Assembly (NCBI GenBank): GCA_001938485.1
Contig: MQRK01183114.1
Coordinates: forward strand, 1 to 53,073
DNA length: 53,073 bases
Direction: 5' to 3'
DNA from: Girardia tigrina
Taxonomy: Eukaryota
Shown: positions 1 through 11,478 of the stretch, in pieces
Layout of the letters: each line of letters starts with the position of its first letter
How positions within the stretch are numbered: the first letter of the stretch is position 1
Notes under the pieces: model-generated
What the model was told of the DNA's origin: nothing
The model's database searches: none
The model's input: the letters and a program-made list of their open reading frames with translations, nothing else
Made by a program: the position numbers and the translations under genes

Positions 1-23
1 AGAGCCTTTATTACATGATTGAT

Positions 24-26
<3 letters not shown>

Positions 27-66
<40 letters not shown>

Positions 67-100
67 TAATATATACTAATATATACTAATATATACTAAT
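27..100. repeat. (AT)n microsatellite followed by four tandem copies of ATATACTAAT
   Basis: Seen directly: AT run at ~27-64, then the 10-mer ATATACTAAT at 61-70, 71-80, 81-90 and 91-100. Confidence 0.95.
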
Positions 101-572
101 ATATGTATACTAACAATTTATTAATTAAATATAAATAAAAGTATTCATAGAGTAAAATAAAGGTAAACGGTGTAACTATCGAAAATATTAAAATCCTTGA
201 AAATTTAATCTCGAGATTTACCTGGTGCTAGATTTTAGCGGTACCACTTGAGAGGGTCTTTAGGTATCATTCTGTAAATGAACTCAAATGAACCGTATGT
301 TTTTCGGGCTTAGTCGGTTTAACAACATGGTTTGTACTTTCCATTAAATTACTCTAATATAATCTTAAAGTGGAAAATTTCATGGGTTTTAAAACTGGAT
401 CATAATCACTGACGATATTGTATTAAAAATGTGAACATTGACGATGGAAAAGTGTGACCCATAGAAAGGATTTAAATTAAAGAAAGTATATTATGCATTT
501 ATTTATTTAATACTTAATGGCATCATTAAGCATTGAATTAGGAAAATCATAATGTAACCTAAACTTTATACA

Positions 573-2400
573 TTCCCCGCCAGAAAGAATCAAAATATAC
601 GTACTTTTGGGTCTTACAATACACAAGAGTAACTATTCATAAAAGTATAATGCTTTATTAAACCAAAATTACTCACATTTTTAAAATTAAATGACAGTCA
701 CCGTTCTGAAAACGTTATTTCTACGACAGAGTGTCTTCGTGTTGATTTCGATTTAGTACACGTTACATAAAGTACATAAAATACATAATTAGACCTTTTA
801 TTCACTGTCATTCGTATAATTTCGAAGTCTTCCTCAACAAGTAACAAATTAAGAGTGTTATTCAATGGTTACTTATTGTCATTTACACATAAACCACATT
901 TGCAATGTACCGAGTTATCCAAAAGTCACGAAACGTGGTAAAATCCCTACAAACCAAGATTATTAGAGACTATACAAGAAAAGGACAGGAACAGGAGACA
1001 AGAATACAGCAAGATGGTGTTAAAAACATTTAAAAGTGAAACTTGATTATATGAAAAAAATATTTTTTCAATGCTTAGGCATTGTTTCAATTGACGTGGC
1101 ACATCAACTGGCTTTTATTGGAGTGACAAAATCCCTTAAACTTCGATTCAACATGAATTGGAATGTTCTTGCAATTAATGTGCGATGTGACTTACTTTCA
1201 TTCTTATTGAATTATAATTTTACCGTAATATCTCTTTCTTCGAGGGGTACTAAAAGACAAGGTCTGTGAAAGGGATACGTAAACAATTGAGGAATTAAAG
1301 CTTACTATAAAAATTTCAAATACTTCCTCGAATTATCGTATAGTGGATCTGATATTTTTATTAGCTGTGACTATAGAAGTAACTAATCAGGTTAATCTAA
1401 CGAGTGCAGTTACATGAACCTGTTTAGTAAGTCACAAAAAAATTTAACAAATGTCGAATAAACGTAATTATATTGATAACCAGAATTCAGTTTGATAGGT
1501 CTAACTGATAAAAAAAAATAAATAGTTAACCGTTTTTTCTATCGTCAATTATATATGGCAAAGGAATTCGAGATTGTCTCCTTTTTTTGTCGAATATATA
1601 AGGTACAGAGATTCAAATTCGTCCTTTTGTATTGTCAAATATATATAGCGAATTTTTGAATGGCAATTTATGTCGAATTTTCTGCGGCAGAATCGTCAGT
1701 GGGTTAATATATATTAATATATTAATCTTGTACAGAATTTGATAAGACCGTATAACGGCTGTCATAATTATTAAATCAGTTATTTGTGAATTGCTGTGCA
1801 ATTCAATTGATTAATTTTTTAAATTTTTAAATTTTTATTATTAGTTTGATATTTTGTTTTTTTTACATTTCCGTTTTTAATATTTTCGACATTTTATTAT
1901 TGTCCCCATATGAGACTACAAAAAATATTTCTCTGATCATGAATCTTTCGACAATTGAGCTCATTAAATAATGTCATAATAACTAACATATTAAAGATTA
2001 ATGTATAATGGTGGTTGGGGGCTTGCCACATCCATCCGCTGTCGACATCGAATAACTTATCGTTGGTTAAAAAAATATCACTAATAATTGATAAACAGAG
2101 TGACCAAAAATATTCTTGATCATTGAAATATCATATGATTGGTTTAGTTCTTCCGTATGGAGCCTTTTCAAGAGATTCTTCGGAAGGAAGTTCAGTAGCT
2201 AGAACTAAAGAAACGAGAATATCCATTATTAAGTTAACCCATAACATTTACAAAGCCTTTAGAGGACTATCTTCTGATTACAATGTTACATTTTGCACGA
2301 TCCGAATGAAATTGTCTTATTAACCGTCAACAAAAAATAGTTAATAATATAAAAAAAACACATTAATTCGGAATACAATTTATACAAGACATAAGGGATT
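573..2400 (-). mobile_element. Highly decayed BEL/Pao-like LTR retrotransposon 3' region (integrase remnants, PPT)
   Basis: Scattered minus-strand peptides resemble the BEL integrase tail: 'STADGCGKPPTTI' (~2045-2005), 'QPLY...NPLT' (~1760-1695) and 'RPCLLVPLEE' (~1265-1235). A purine tract GGCGGGGAA followed by TGT lies at ~581-570. Many stops and frameshifts; boundaries approximate. Confidence 0.35.
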
Positions 2401-3757
2401 AAGGCATAGCGCATATGTGTACATAAATAAGTAGAGTTCCGAATTCACCAATCACACATTACGGTTAACACGAGAATAATAAATGACAAACGTTCTCTTT
2501 GGATAATCAGAACTCTGTGGAACTTTACAATTACAATCATAATTTCAGTAGAGATACGCCGCAAATTTTGTTGGAAAATGATTCTTGAACATGAAACTCA
2601 TGGTTTTTCAATAACTAATAAAACGACTGAAAAGATCCTTGAGTCTTTAAATTTAATTTCACCTCTATATATTTCCTATATTTAAAATAGATTGCTACCA
2701 TATTAATGAATGATAGTCTTTCCAGTGAATCTGCGAAGGAGTAGCAAACAGGCTAATAGTTATTACTGAAATTTATCTGATCAAAAAATAATTTTCTGTG
2801 CTCTACTCTACTTTCAATCTTGTCTTCTTTCTTTCTTGACATTTTAACTTTCTGTGTTAATCCCGATTATTTACAGTTACAGAGCTGAAACTTTAAACAT
2901 AAGCTAATTTTAATGACCTAGATAAGCTATTCAAATATCAGAGTGATACGACAATCCGAAAATATTATCCCTGTAGTCAGTTTAATACAATTTTTTGTAA
3001 AATTAAATAGGTTTATTCATTATTTAAATAATTAAATTGATTTCCAAATAATAATTGTCATGTATTGTAATAAAATGGTAATATTAATGTTTATAAACTA
3101 ACTAATCCATTATTAAGATATTGTGATTTGTTGTCTTTTCCAATCGTTATTTGTAATGATCACTACTGTAAAATCGGACACACATTTGGTTGAAATTGCA
3201 AAGGGTATTTATGAAAAGTTATTCAACAAATTGACGTCAAAAACTAAAAATATTTCATAGAACCAAAAATATTTCCCTGTAACAACACTTTCAATACCTA
3301 AATAAAATGTATAAAATGAGAATTTTTAATCTGTACATATTGAAGCCACAATATGAAAATAAATGCGAATAGATACCATACCAAAACTAGAGTCTGGAAT
3401 TTGTTAATTTTTTAAAGACTTTAAATTTAAAATATTTTCGTCTGTATTATTTTGGTTCAAATGTTGGATTTTTTTAAAAGCACTGATACATTTTGATATG
3501 TTTAATCATTTTCTATTTGTTAAAAAATTTTTTTCTTTGTTTATAAATTTAATATACATTGTACCTAATTGCATGTGAATTTTGGTTCTCGGGAGGACAA
3601 TGATGAATGGGTTTCCTGTATCATCAAAATTCATTTTAATAATATTCCTCTTTTTATCTTAATGAAAACAGTTTCCCTATTTATCATATTTTTTTCAATA
3701 TTACTGCGTGATGCAAAAAAGGATTTTTTAAAAAAATAAAAGAATAGGGAAAGAAAA

Positions 3758-6215
3758 TGTTGGATATTAGATATTTTTATTATTTAAAATATTTAATATT
3801 TTCTTTTTGATAAATATTTTGTTTGAATATTAACGATTAAACAGTGTAGTTAGAAATAAACTTTTCGCGTGTTATATTGAATCTTACAAGCTATCCAGAC
3901 AATAATGAGTGACATGAAAATCGTTTTGGAGTATTTGGAAAAATTCAATGGAAGTGTGAGCTTCGAGATCTGGCAGAAGAAATTCGAAATGAAAATCCAG
4001 AAAATTACTGATCCAGCCCCGTACCTCCAGCTTTACTATCGGAGGTGACATTGAACATCTACATGGAATCGGACGAGAAGACGCAAAGCAGCTGCGATCG
4101 GTTCTTCAAGATATTAAACCATTCGTTCGGCCTGACTAGACGCTCTGCGTCCAGTTAATTGACAAACTTACAGAATGATAAGGGCGAGACTATCGATGAA
4201 TATGCATCTCAGGTGAAGATGTAAGCATCAAAGGTTGAAGATCTAACAAAGGCTGCCTTCATGGTTCGACTGCTTTTCGAGTTGCAGGTGGATTTAGAAT
4301 GGGTCGGTGACCAACCTCTGACCAAAAATGATCTAGTATAGCCACAGATATTTGAGGATTAAAAAGTGTTTATTACAGGATTCAATTGCAGCAATATATC
4401 ACGGAAACAACAACAAGGAAACAGGGATGTCCGGAGGTCAGGGAGAACTCGATAAACCAGAGCAAATTTATTGTTGATTTATAGTGACAGAGACACCGAA
4501 TCGAAGGAAAGGAATTATCAAAAGGGTCCTCAGTGGTAATCAAACAGACATACAATTTGATACAAATGTCAGAAACCGCGTCATATTGCAAAATATTGTC
4601 GATCGGGAAACGAACAGGGGAGTTTGAGGCGCAGACTCTCTCCATTCATGGTTGCAAACGTTGCCGACGATGAACGTCACCGTTAATGATAGGTCGGCCA
4701 TCGCGTTGTTTGATTCGAGTTGTTCGAAAACGGTTGTTTTAAAAGGGTTAGTTAGTGATTGCATATTGTTTTCTGACGGAGAAAGTATGGTTTTGGTGAA
4801 TGGAAAGGGTGTTAGAGAGGATTCGGGTGAAGTGCGGCTGACTATAAATGGCAGGATTATTATGGTGGAATGTTTGGCCATGGAACATTTGTCATAAGGT
4901 CTAGGGATTTTAATAGGTTTGGATGGCATAGGAAAATTGGGCGGTGTGAGAATTAATAAGGGTATTATTGAGTTCGGTGAAGAAGACATTAAATGGACAG
5001 ATTGTACTTTCAGTTGTACTGCATCGGATGCGTCTCTTGTTAGCATAAAGAATTAGCATAATTTTTTGAGATTTAGTTTAAGGAAAATTGATTAATTAAA
5101 TGGAACTGGAAAAGTGAGGCGCCGAGTCATCTTCCTAATCGCCAGTCAGCTTTTATGGACAACAAATTAAAAGATGTTACAACGTTTAAACTTTCCGACG
5201 GATAGGTAGAAAAGTGTTATAAATTCGAGTACAATGAGAAAGAAATGGGTAAATCGACAGGATCCATACAGATATTTAGAATATTACAGGCTAATAAGTC
5301 CAAGATAAGACCCATTTTTGATTTTAGAAAATTAATCAATTACGTGCACGTTTATAGTGATTCAGCGGATATATTTTTAGAAAAGCTCCACGAATGGCGA
5401 CGTAGGGGTTCGACTTTTTCAATGCTCAATATGTCAGAGGCGTACATGCAGATTCATGTTCATAAGGAGATGTGGCATTACCAATCTTGTATCATTAATA
5501 ACAAGAAGTATGCTTTAACTAGCATGTGTTTTGGTTTGAACATTGCACAAATTATAATGACCGAAATCGACAGGTGAATTCTGAACTCTGACACCAGGAT
5601 GCGTGAAAATACCGACTCTTATATTGATGATATTTATGCATAGGAAAGTTTCATTTTTGTTGAAGAAGTAAAAAAAAGTGTTCAATAACTTTGGTCTAAA
5701 ATGTAAGAAATCGGAAAATCTGTCACAAACCAACGAAGTTCGAGTTTTAGGAATGAAACTCTTTAAGGAAACTCTCTTTAAGGAAAATAATCCTTGCTGA
5801 GGTTTATGGGCCATTGGTGACTGCAAAAATGGTATTACATGGTACGACGCAAATTCAATAGCCATTGGTGCGGCGTTAAAGTCAAAGGGAACATAATCGA
5901 GGACGCATCATGGTTGAGAAAAAAATGATGATTCTAGACATATTAATTTAGCAGAACTATAAGCAGGTGTAATGGTTTTAAATTTATGTGTGAAATGGAG
6001 TTTAAGGAGCGTGATAGGAAAATGGGATAATAAGGCAGTGGTTTCGTGAGTAATCGCAAAAATCTCAGATCGTGAAAAATTAAAAACCAAGGCTTCCTGT
6101 GAGCTTTTAATAAAACGAAGATTATCGTTGATCAAGGATCTGTGTCAGGAGTACGAGATCGATTTGAAGATCGAGTTTGTTAATAGCGAAGATAAAAAGG
6201 CGGACGAGTTGACAA
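3758..6215 (+). mobile_element. Decayed LTR retrotransposon 5' part: LTR, gag (CCHC), protease, RT, RNase H; integrase end missing
   Basis: LTR-like segment ends ...TCTTACA at 3888 (start 3758 or 3845). Gag starts at 3905 (MSDMKIVLEYLEKFNGSVSFEIWQKKFE). Zinc knuckle (C>*)YKCQKPRHIAKYC at ~4558-4599. Protease ALFDSSCS. RT motifs RPIFDFRKLIN, LNMSEAYMQI, MCFGLNIA and SYIDDIY (~5617). RNase H WYDANSIAIG, HINLAEL*A and KADELTS. Multiple stops and frameshifts. Confidence 0.9.
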
Positions 6216-6690
6216 GCATCTTGTGCATAAATTCGATTATAATGGGTGCAGCGCCAAATGCATTGGAGAGACAGTCCGTCATCTCTGTAAACGGGTTCGT
6301 GAGCATGGACATCTAAGTTGTAGTAGTAATATTGTTGAACATAAAAAAACATTGTAAATCGTCTGTTGAAATAAATAATTTTAAAGTTTTATGCAGCTAT
6401 TTTAAAAATTATTGGGAAATAGTCTCGTGTGAGGCATTAATAATTAAAGCGGTTAATCCAGCAATTAATGTCCAATCAAGTGACTCATCAACTTAATTGA
6501 ACGTTTTTGTGTGAAACAGTAATTGCATAATCATTTTCGCAATCATCATTTTAACAAATATACGCTTAACAGCTAGAATCAAAATCGCCTGATGATGACG
6601 GATATTCTGTAGAAATATAAAAAATTAATATTTCAGTAAATTTTTAATAAAAAAATTGTACTTTCAAATGGCGTCTTTAAATTTTTATCT
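6216..6690 (+). mobile_element. Penelope-like element 3' end (GIY-YIG endonuclease C-terminus and pLTR)
   Basis: Frameshifted translation GCSAKCIGETVRHLCKRVREH...NNFKVLCSYFKNYWEIVSCEALIIKAVNPAINVQ is typical of Penelope GIY-YIG C-termini. Homologous to 11100-11518, including the downstream CTGAnGA...GAAATATA and AATGGCGTC motifs. Confidence 0.85.
6589..6619 (+). ncRNA. Degenerate minimal hammerhead ribozyme core
   Basis: CTGATGA, stem II ACGGA/TCTGT, then GAAA-TATA. The cleavage triplet looks eroded (TATAAA versus TATATT in the sister copy). Confidence 0.5.
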
Positions 6691-7290
6691 ATTTTCAATG
6701 GCTTCTGAAAACGTATTACAAAGTAAAGTTCAAAATGATGCAAATCCATTAATAAAACAAAAATAGATTTAAAAATAAAACATTCACAAAAGGAAAGTCT
6801 TTCAGAAACACAACACTCGTTTATTCAAGAATCAGATTCTTGTACAAATTCTAAACTAATTTCTGTAACTAAGATTTATACACCTTTACGGTAAATGAAA
6901 TTCATATTGCCACAGTGTTCGTGGAAATCTTCTCACAGGAGTGTTGTCGTGTTCTGCAAATATTGGCCATGGTTGGTAGGCTTAGGTCGTTAACAAATGA
7001 TTTTAGTGACCATATTTAATTAAGTACTCAGAAATGATGGTTGCTTCCAGGAAATATACCTTCAGACTCTTTTATAATCTAAAAAGATCTTTAATTTGAT
7101 TTATTTTTGTTGAAACGTATCCTTGGGGGCTTCTGTGTAGGTAGAGCATAATACATTAAATAAAACATGTTATAATTCGTTCTTATTTGTTCTATGAATA
7201 TAAAATTCGCGAAAATGTGTAAAGCATTTCAAAGAACATTAAACCGTTACTTTTTACAAAATTGGAATTTATCAGTTACTAATTTGTTAA

Positions 7291-7533
7291 CAGAGGGACA
7301 ATCAGATGAGGGATAAGCTAGATACGGAATCAATTTCGCGAAGTGAGTTATATTCGTTATGCGGACAATTAGTAAGAATACATCCGATAGCTGGTTGACT
7401 ACGGCTGTCATGTTCACACTTTAAACAACTTAGTGAGGAATGAAAAGATAGACGAGGAATTATTTGTGAATATTAAATGGGTTTTAAAGACAGTGAGTGA
7501 AAAAAATCCTTGCTGAGGTTTATGGGCCATTGG
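7291..7533 (+). mobile_element. RT thumb/connection fragment of the same LTR family as 3758-6215
   Basis: Translates QRDNQMRDKLDTESISRSELYSLCGQLVRIHPIAG*LRLSCSHFKQ, homologous to RGVYSICGKVIGHYPIGNWLRVACSYIKR at ~36130. The last 29 nt (7505-7533) are identical to 5789-5817. Confidence 0.85.
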
Positions 7534-7755
7534 AAGTGATAGATCATAATTTGATGAATAAAATTAATTTTACATAAAATAAGCATTTTATTACACACTC
7601 GACATGTTGTTATTGTCTGTTTTATTTTAAAGTATCTTCCCTTTTAGCTAGAGCTTTGAAATTTTAAACATAGCTCAGAACTACATGACAATATAATATT
7701 TGAGCAAATAATCATTTTGAATATTTAGTTGAACAATTTCAAATTATTATATTAG

Positions 7756-7958
7756 GTGTACAAGTATGAAATGCGGATTTCAGAAAACGGATTGTGCACA
7801 ATGCAAAAAGTAGGTCAATGGTTAGGCAATGATTTCATCATATTGAGTGATTATGTAGTGTCTCATACGTAACTCATAAATTGATAAAGCGTTTTAATAA
7901 TTGTTGTATTTCTGTGTTTTAGATGTCCAAATTTATGCCAAGCAGGGAGCATTCGCGG
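7756..7958 (+). CDS. Partial spliced host gene, class C GPCR (metabotropic glutamate receptor-like) candidate; exons 7756-7868 and 7923-(7958, gap)
   Basis: AG|exon|GT junctions with a 54-nt phase-2 intron (7869-7922) give VYKYEMRISENGLCTMQKVGQWLGNDFIILSDYVVSHTCPNLCQAGSIR. KVGQW followed by C-x3-C-x2-G matches the Venus-flytrap to cysteine-rich domain junction of class C GPCRs. It runs into the N gap. The hydrophobic open frame at 8952-9152 may be a later part. Confidence 0.5.
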
Positions 7959-8949
7959 NNNNNNNNNNNNNNNNNNNNNNNNNNNNNNNNNNNNNNNNNN
8001 NNNNNNNNNNNNNNNNNNNNNNNNNNNNNNNNNNNNNNNNNNNNNNNNNNNNNNNNNNNNNNNNNNNNNNNNNNNNNNNNNNNNNNNNNNNNNNNNNNNN
8101 NNNNNNNNNNNNNNNNNNNNNNNNNNNNNNNNNNNNNNNNNNNNNNNNNNNNNNNNNNNNNNNNNNNNNNNNNNNNNNNNNNNNNNNNNNNNNNNNNNNN
8201 NNNNNNNNNNNNNNNNNNNNNNNNNNNNNNNNNNNNNNNNNNNNNNNNNNNNNNNNNNNNNNNNNNNNNNNNNNNNNNNNNNNNNNNNNNNNNNNNNNNN
8301 NNNNNNNNNNNNNNNNNNNNNNNNNNNNNNNNNNNNNNNNNNNNNNNNNNNNNNNNNNNNNNNNNNNNNNNNNNNNNNNNNNNNNNNNNNNNNNNNNNNN
8401 NNNNNNNNNNNNNNNNNNNNNNNNNNNNNNNNNNNNNNNNNNNNNNNNNNNNNNNNNNNNNNNNNNNNNNNNNNNNNNNNNNNNNNNNNNNNNNNNNNNN
8501 NNNNNNNNNNNNNNNNNNNNNNNNNNNNNNNNNNNNNNNNNNNNNNNNNNNNNNNNNNNNNNNNNNNNNNNNNNNNNNNNNNNNNNNNNNNNNNNNNNNN
8601 NNNNNNNNNNNNNNNNNNNNNNNNNNNNNNNNNNNNNNNNNNNNNNNNNNNNNNNNNNNNNNNNNNNNNNNNNNNNNNNNNNNNNNNNNNNNNNNNNNNN
8701 NNNNNNNNNNNNNNNNNNNNNNNNNNNNNNNNNNNNNNNNNNNNNNNNNNNNNNNNNNNNNNNNNNNNNNNNNNNNNNNNNNNNNNNNNNNNNNNNNNNN
8801 NNNNNNNNNNNNNNNNNNNNNNNNNNNNNNNNNNNNNNNNNNNNNNNNNNNNNNNNNNNNNNNNNNNNNNNNNNNNNNNNNNNNNNNNNNNNNNNNNNNN
8901 NNNNNNNNNNNNNNNNNNNNNNNNNNNNNNNNNNNNNNNNNNNNNNNNN
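7959..8949. other. Assembly gap (N run); other gaps at 12649-12698, 22636-23023, 33118-33167, 34500-34549
   Basis: Seen directly. Confidence 1.
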
Positions 8950-10350
8950 GAGATATAGATGGGACAAATGTATCATTAGTAATGGAGCATATTTTGAATA
9001 AAGCTTTTTTTATCGTTCTTTTGTTTTTAACGTATTTCTTTTCAAAATTTAATCCGCATTTCATACCTAATAATTATTATAATAATCATTGTAAAGTTAT
9101 AATTCACAAATCTGTTGAATTTGAAATTCCCAATTTCAAAACAGTAAAATAAAATTCCAAATTTTTAAAAAATTTAAGTAGAAAAAATGAAAAAAAATTA
9201 TTTTATTTTTTTAAAAAAAAATTTTTATATAAAATTATTCTAATTAATTAGTTATTCAATAAAAATTTTTTACTAATTGACAATGAAATAATTAATAAAA
9301 TTAGTGAATTGAAAACATTAAAAAAATAATTCAATAAATATTTTTTACAGATTTTTTTTTCTATATTTTCGAACTTAATTCGAATAATCATTATTATTTA
9401 TTAATACCAAATGAAAACACTGAAAATTAAAAAATTACATTAAATTTAAATTATTCAATTAATGTTTTTCCTCCCCATTTTTAATAAAGTAAATTTTAAA
9501 AGTAATTAAAATTTTGTCTCACAGAGTAAATATAATTAAATTTTATATCAACAATAAATAATTCACATTTTTAAATAAAATAATTGAAAATAATTTGTTT
9601 TTTTTTAAAAAAACAAAATTAAAAAATTTATTTGGAAATCAATTTTTAAATTGATTTTTGTAATTATAAAATATTTTTATTTATGTAATAATAATATTAA
9701 ATGAAATGAAATAAATATTAATTAAATTACTAAATTGAAATATACAAATAAAAAAATTTAATGTTTCATAATTGAATAATTATATAAAGAGTAAAATTAT
9801 TTGGAATAAAATTGTAAAAATTAATTTGAAAATTAAAATGAAATATTTTTTGTTCAATCAAAATATAAATTAGTTTTTCAAATAAAATTAATAATAAAAA
9901 ATTAATGAGTGTTATCTTAACCAATTAATAATTAATTAACCAAACAATAGAATTAGCAATATTTAATTAATAAGCGAATTAAATAAAAAAATAATAATTA
10001 TTAAAAAAATTATTTTTATCTATTTAAATTAAAATTAAAAATAATATTTTCATTAAAATGCATAAAAATAAAAATTTTATTTCGGGGAAAATAAAAAATA
10101 AATACCTAAAATTATTAGAAAGAGAAAAATACTGCAACGAAAGTTTTATTTTAATTTATTATATTTGAGTAATTTTTATAAAAAATATTGAGAAAAAATA
10201 AACTTGGAAAGAGAATAAATATTAATGAATTTTCCAATTAAGCATTAATTGATTAAAAAGTTAGTTTTACAATAATCATATATTGACACTGAATTTGAAT
10301 ATTAAAAATATATATCGTATTTCCGAGGATTTTTGGGTAGCGTTGAATAA

Positions 10351-10520
10351 TGTGAATGTAATTCAAGGAAAATAAATATTCATTTGTTGAAATCGGTGGA
10401 TCGTCGAAGTAGTTTTATTATTTGAAATAAATATTGCTGCAACCGCCTTGCGTTTTGCTTTCTTTTTATTACAAGCTATCGCGGTAAAATTGTGATCACT
10501 CCAGAGATGGTGATTCTCTT
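10351..10520 (+). mobile_element. Short LTR, AGCTATC motif and gag start remnant (same family as 3758-6215)
   Basis: TGT...TTATTACA (ends 10473) with internal AATAAA, followed immediately by AGCTATCGCGGT as at 3889. It continues as KIVITPEMV, a gag-start-like peptide. Confidence 0.55.
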
Positions 10521-10761
10521 GGTGTTGGCGGTTGGAGCAAGTTGGACAGGATCCGACGAGAGTCGTTCTGGGATTATTTGGAGCAGACAGTGACTGTGCT
10601 GATCCGCAGGATCACACAATGAGATTCGGCGGGGAAGCCCGTCCGATCGGTTTTCGGTTTCACAAAAACTGCATCTCCTACTTGCAGCTCCGGACTTTCT
10701 TACAAGTAAGGATAGCTTTAGTAGTGTGTATCTCGCGTTGTATAAGTGTCATCGGTTTACA
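10520..10761 (-). mobile_element. Integrase C-terminal remnant of the same LTR family, opposite orientation
   Basis: Minus strand ELQVGDAVFVKPKT and DGLPRRI correspond to FEVGEKVYVKPSQ and DGVPRHI in ORF 37401-37790. Confidence 0.6.
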
Positions 10762-10994
10762 CTAGTTGAAGTTAGAAAATTAAGATTTTGTTTTTAAACA
10801 ATTATTAGATTTGTTTGTTCTTGTTTGATTCAGTATTGTTTTAATGTATATTAAATATTGATACCAGCAAAGAGAAAATACACCATATTTTACAGTTTTT
10901 TCAATAAAAGATTGAAACACGAGACAGGCGACTAAAAAGTGATTAATTTTTATAATTAAAATCAAGGACGCCATTAAAATCAAATTTTATTGCC

Positions 10995-11031
10995 GCAATA
11001 TATTTCGGTGTATTTTCCACCATCTTCAGGC
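10995..11031 (-). ncRNA. Minimal type I hammerhead ribozyme core in the left pLTR
   Basis: Minus strand GC-CTGAAGA-T-GGTG-GAAAATA-CACC-GAAA-TATATT-GC: core boxes, 4-bp stem II, palindromic stem III (AATATATT), very short stem I. Confidence 0.65.
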
Positions 11032-11443
11032 TGAATTAACAACAATTTCGCTGTCTTATATATAGCAAATTGATGATTATGCAAACATCTTGCGTAATAG
11101 GTGCAACGCCACATACATTGGATAAACGTCTCATCATCTCGTCATGTAAACGGATTCAGGAGCATGGACGATTGGGTAATGGGAGTCATATTGCTGTACA
11201 TATGACGGGTTGTAAATCGGAGGTGAAAACAACTATTTTTAAAATATTGTGCAGTAATTTTAAAAATTATTGGAAGAGAGTTACTTGTGAAGCATTATTG
11301 ATTAAATCACTTAATCCGTCCATTAATGTCCAAACAAGTCTCTCTTCCAATTTGTTGAAAATATTTAATGACTTATTACGCAAGATGTTTGCATAATCAT
11401 CAATTTGCTATATATAAGACAGCGAAATTGTTATTAATTCAGT

Positions 11444-11478
11444 CTGAAGATAATGAAAGATCCACCGAAATATATTGC
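11444..11478 (+). ncRNA. Degenerate hammerhead core in the right pLTR
   Basis: CTGAAGA-TAATGAAAGATCCACC-GAAATATATTGC. Stem II is disrupted relative to the left copy. Confidence 0.45.

Noticed and set aside
405-445. AATCACTGACGA...GAAC, a hammerhead-like start resembling 44872
   Set aside because: No convincing stem II or GAAA box.
7901-9152. Long ORFs in the track spanning N runs (also 22569-23108, 32965-33174, 34485-34706)
   Set aside because: Artefacts of translating assembly gaps.
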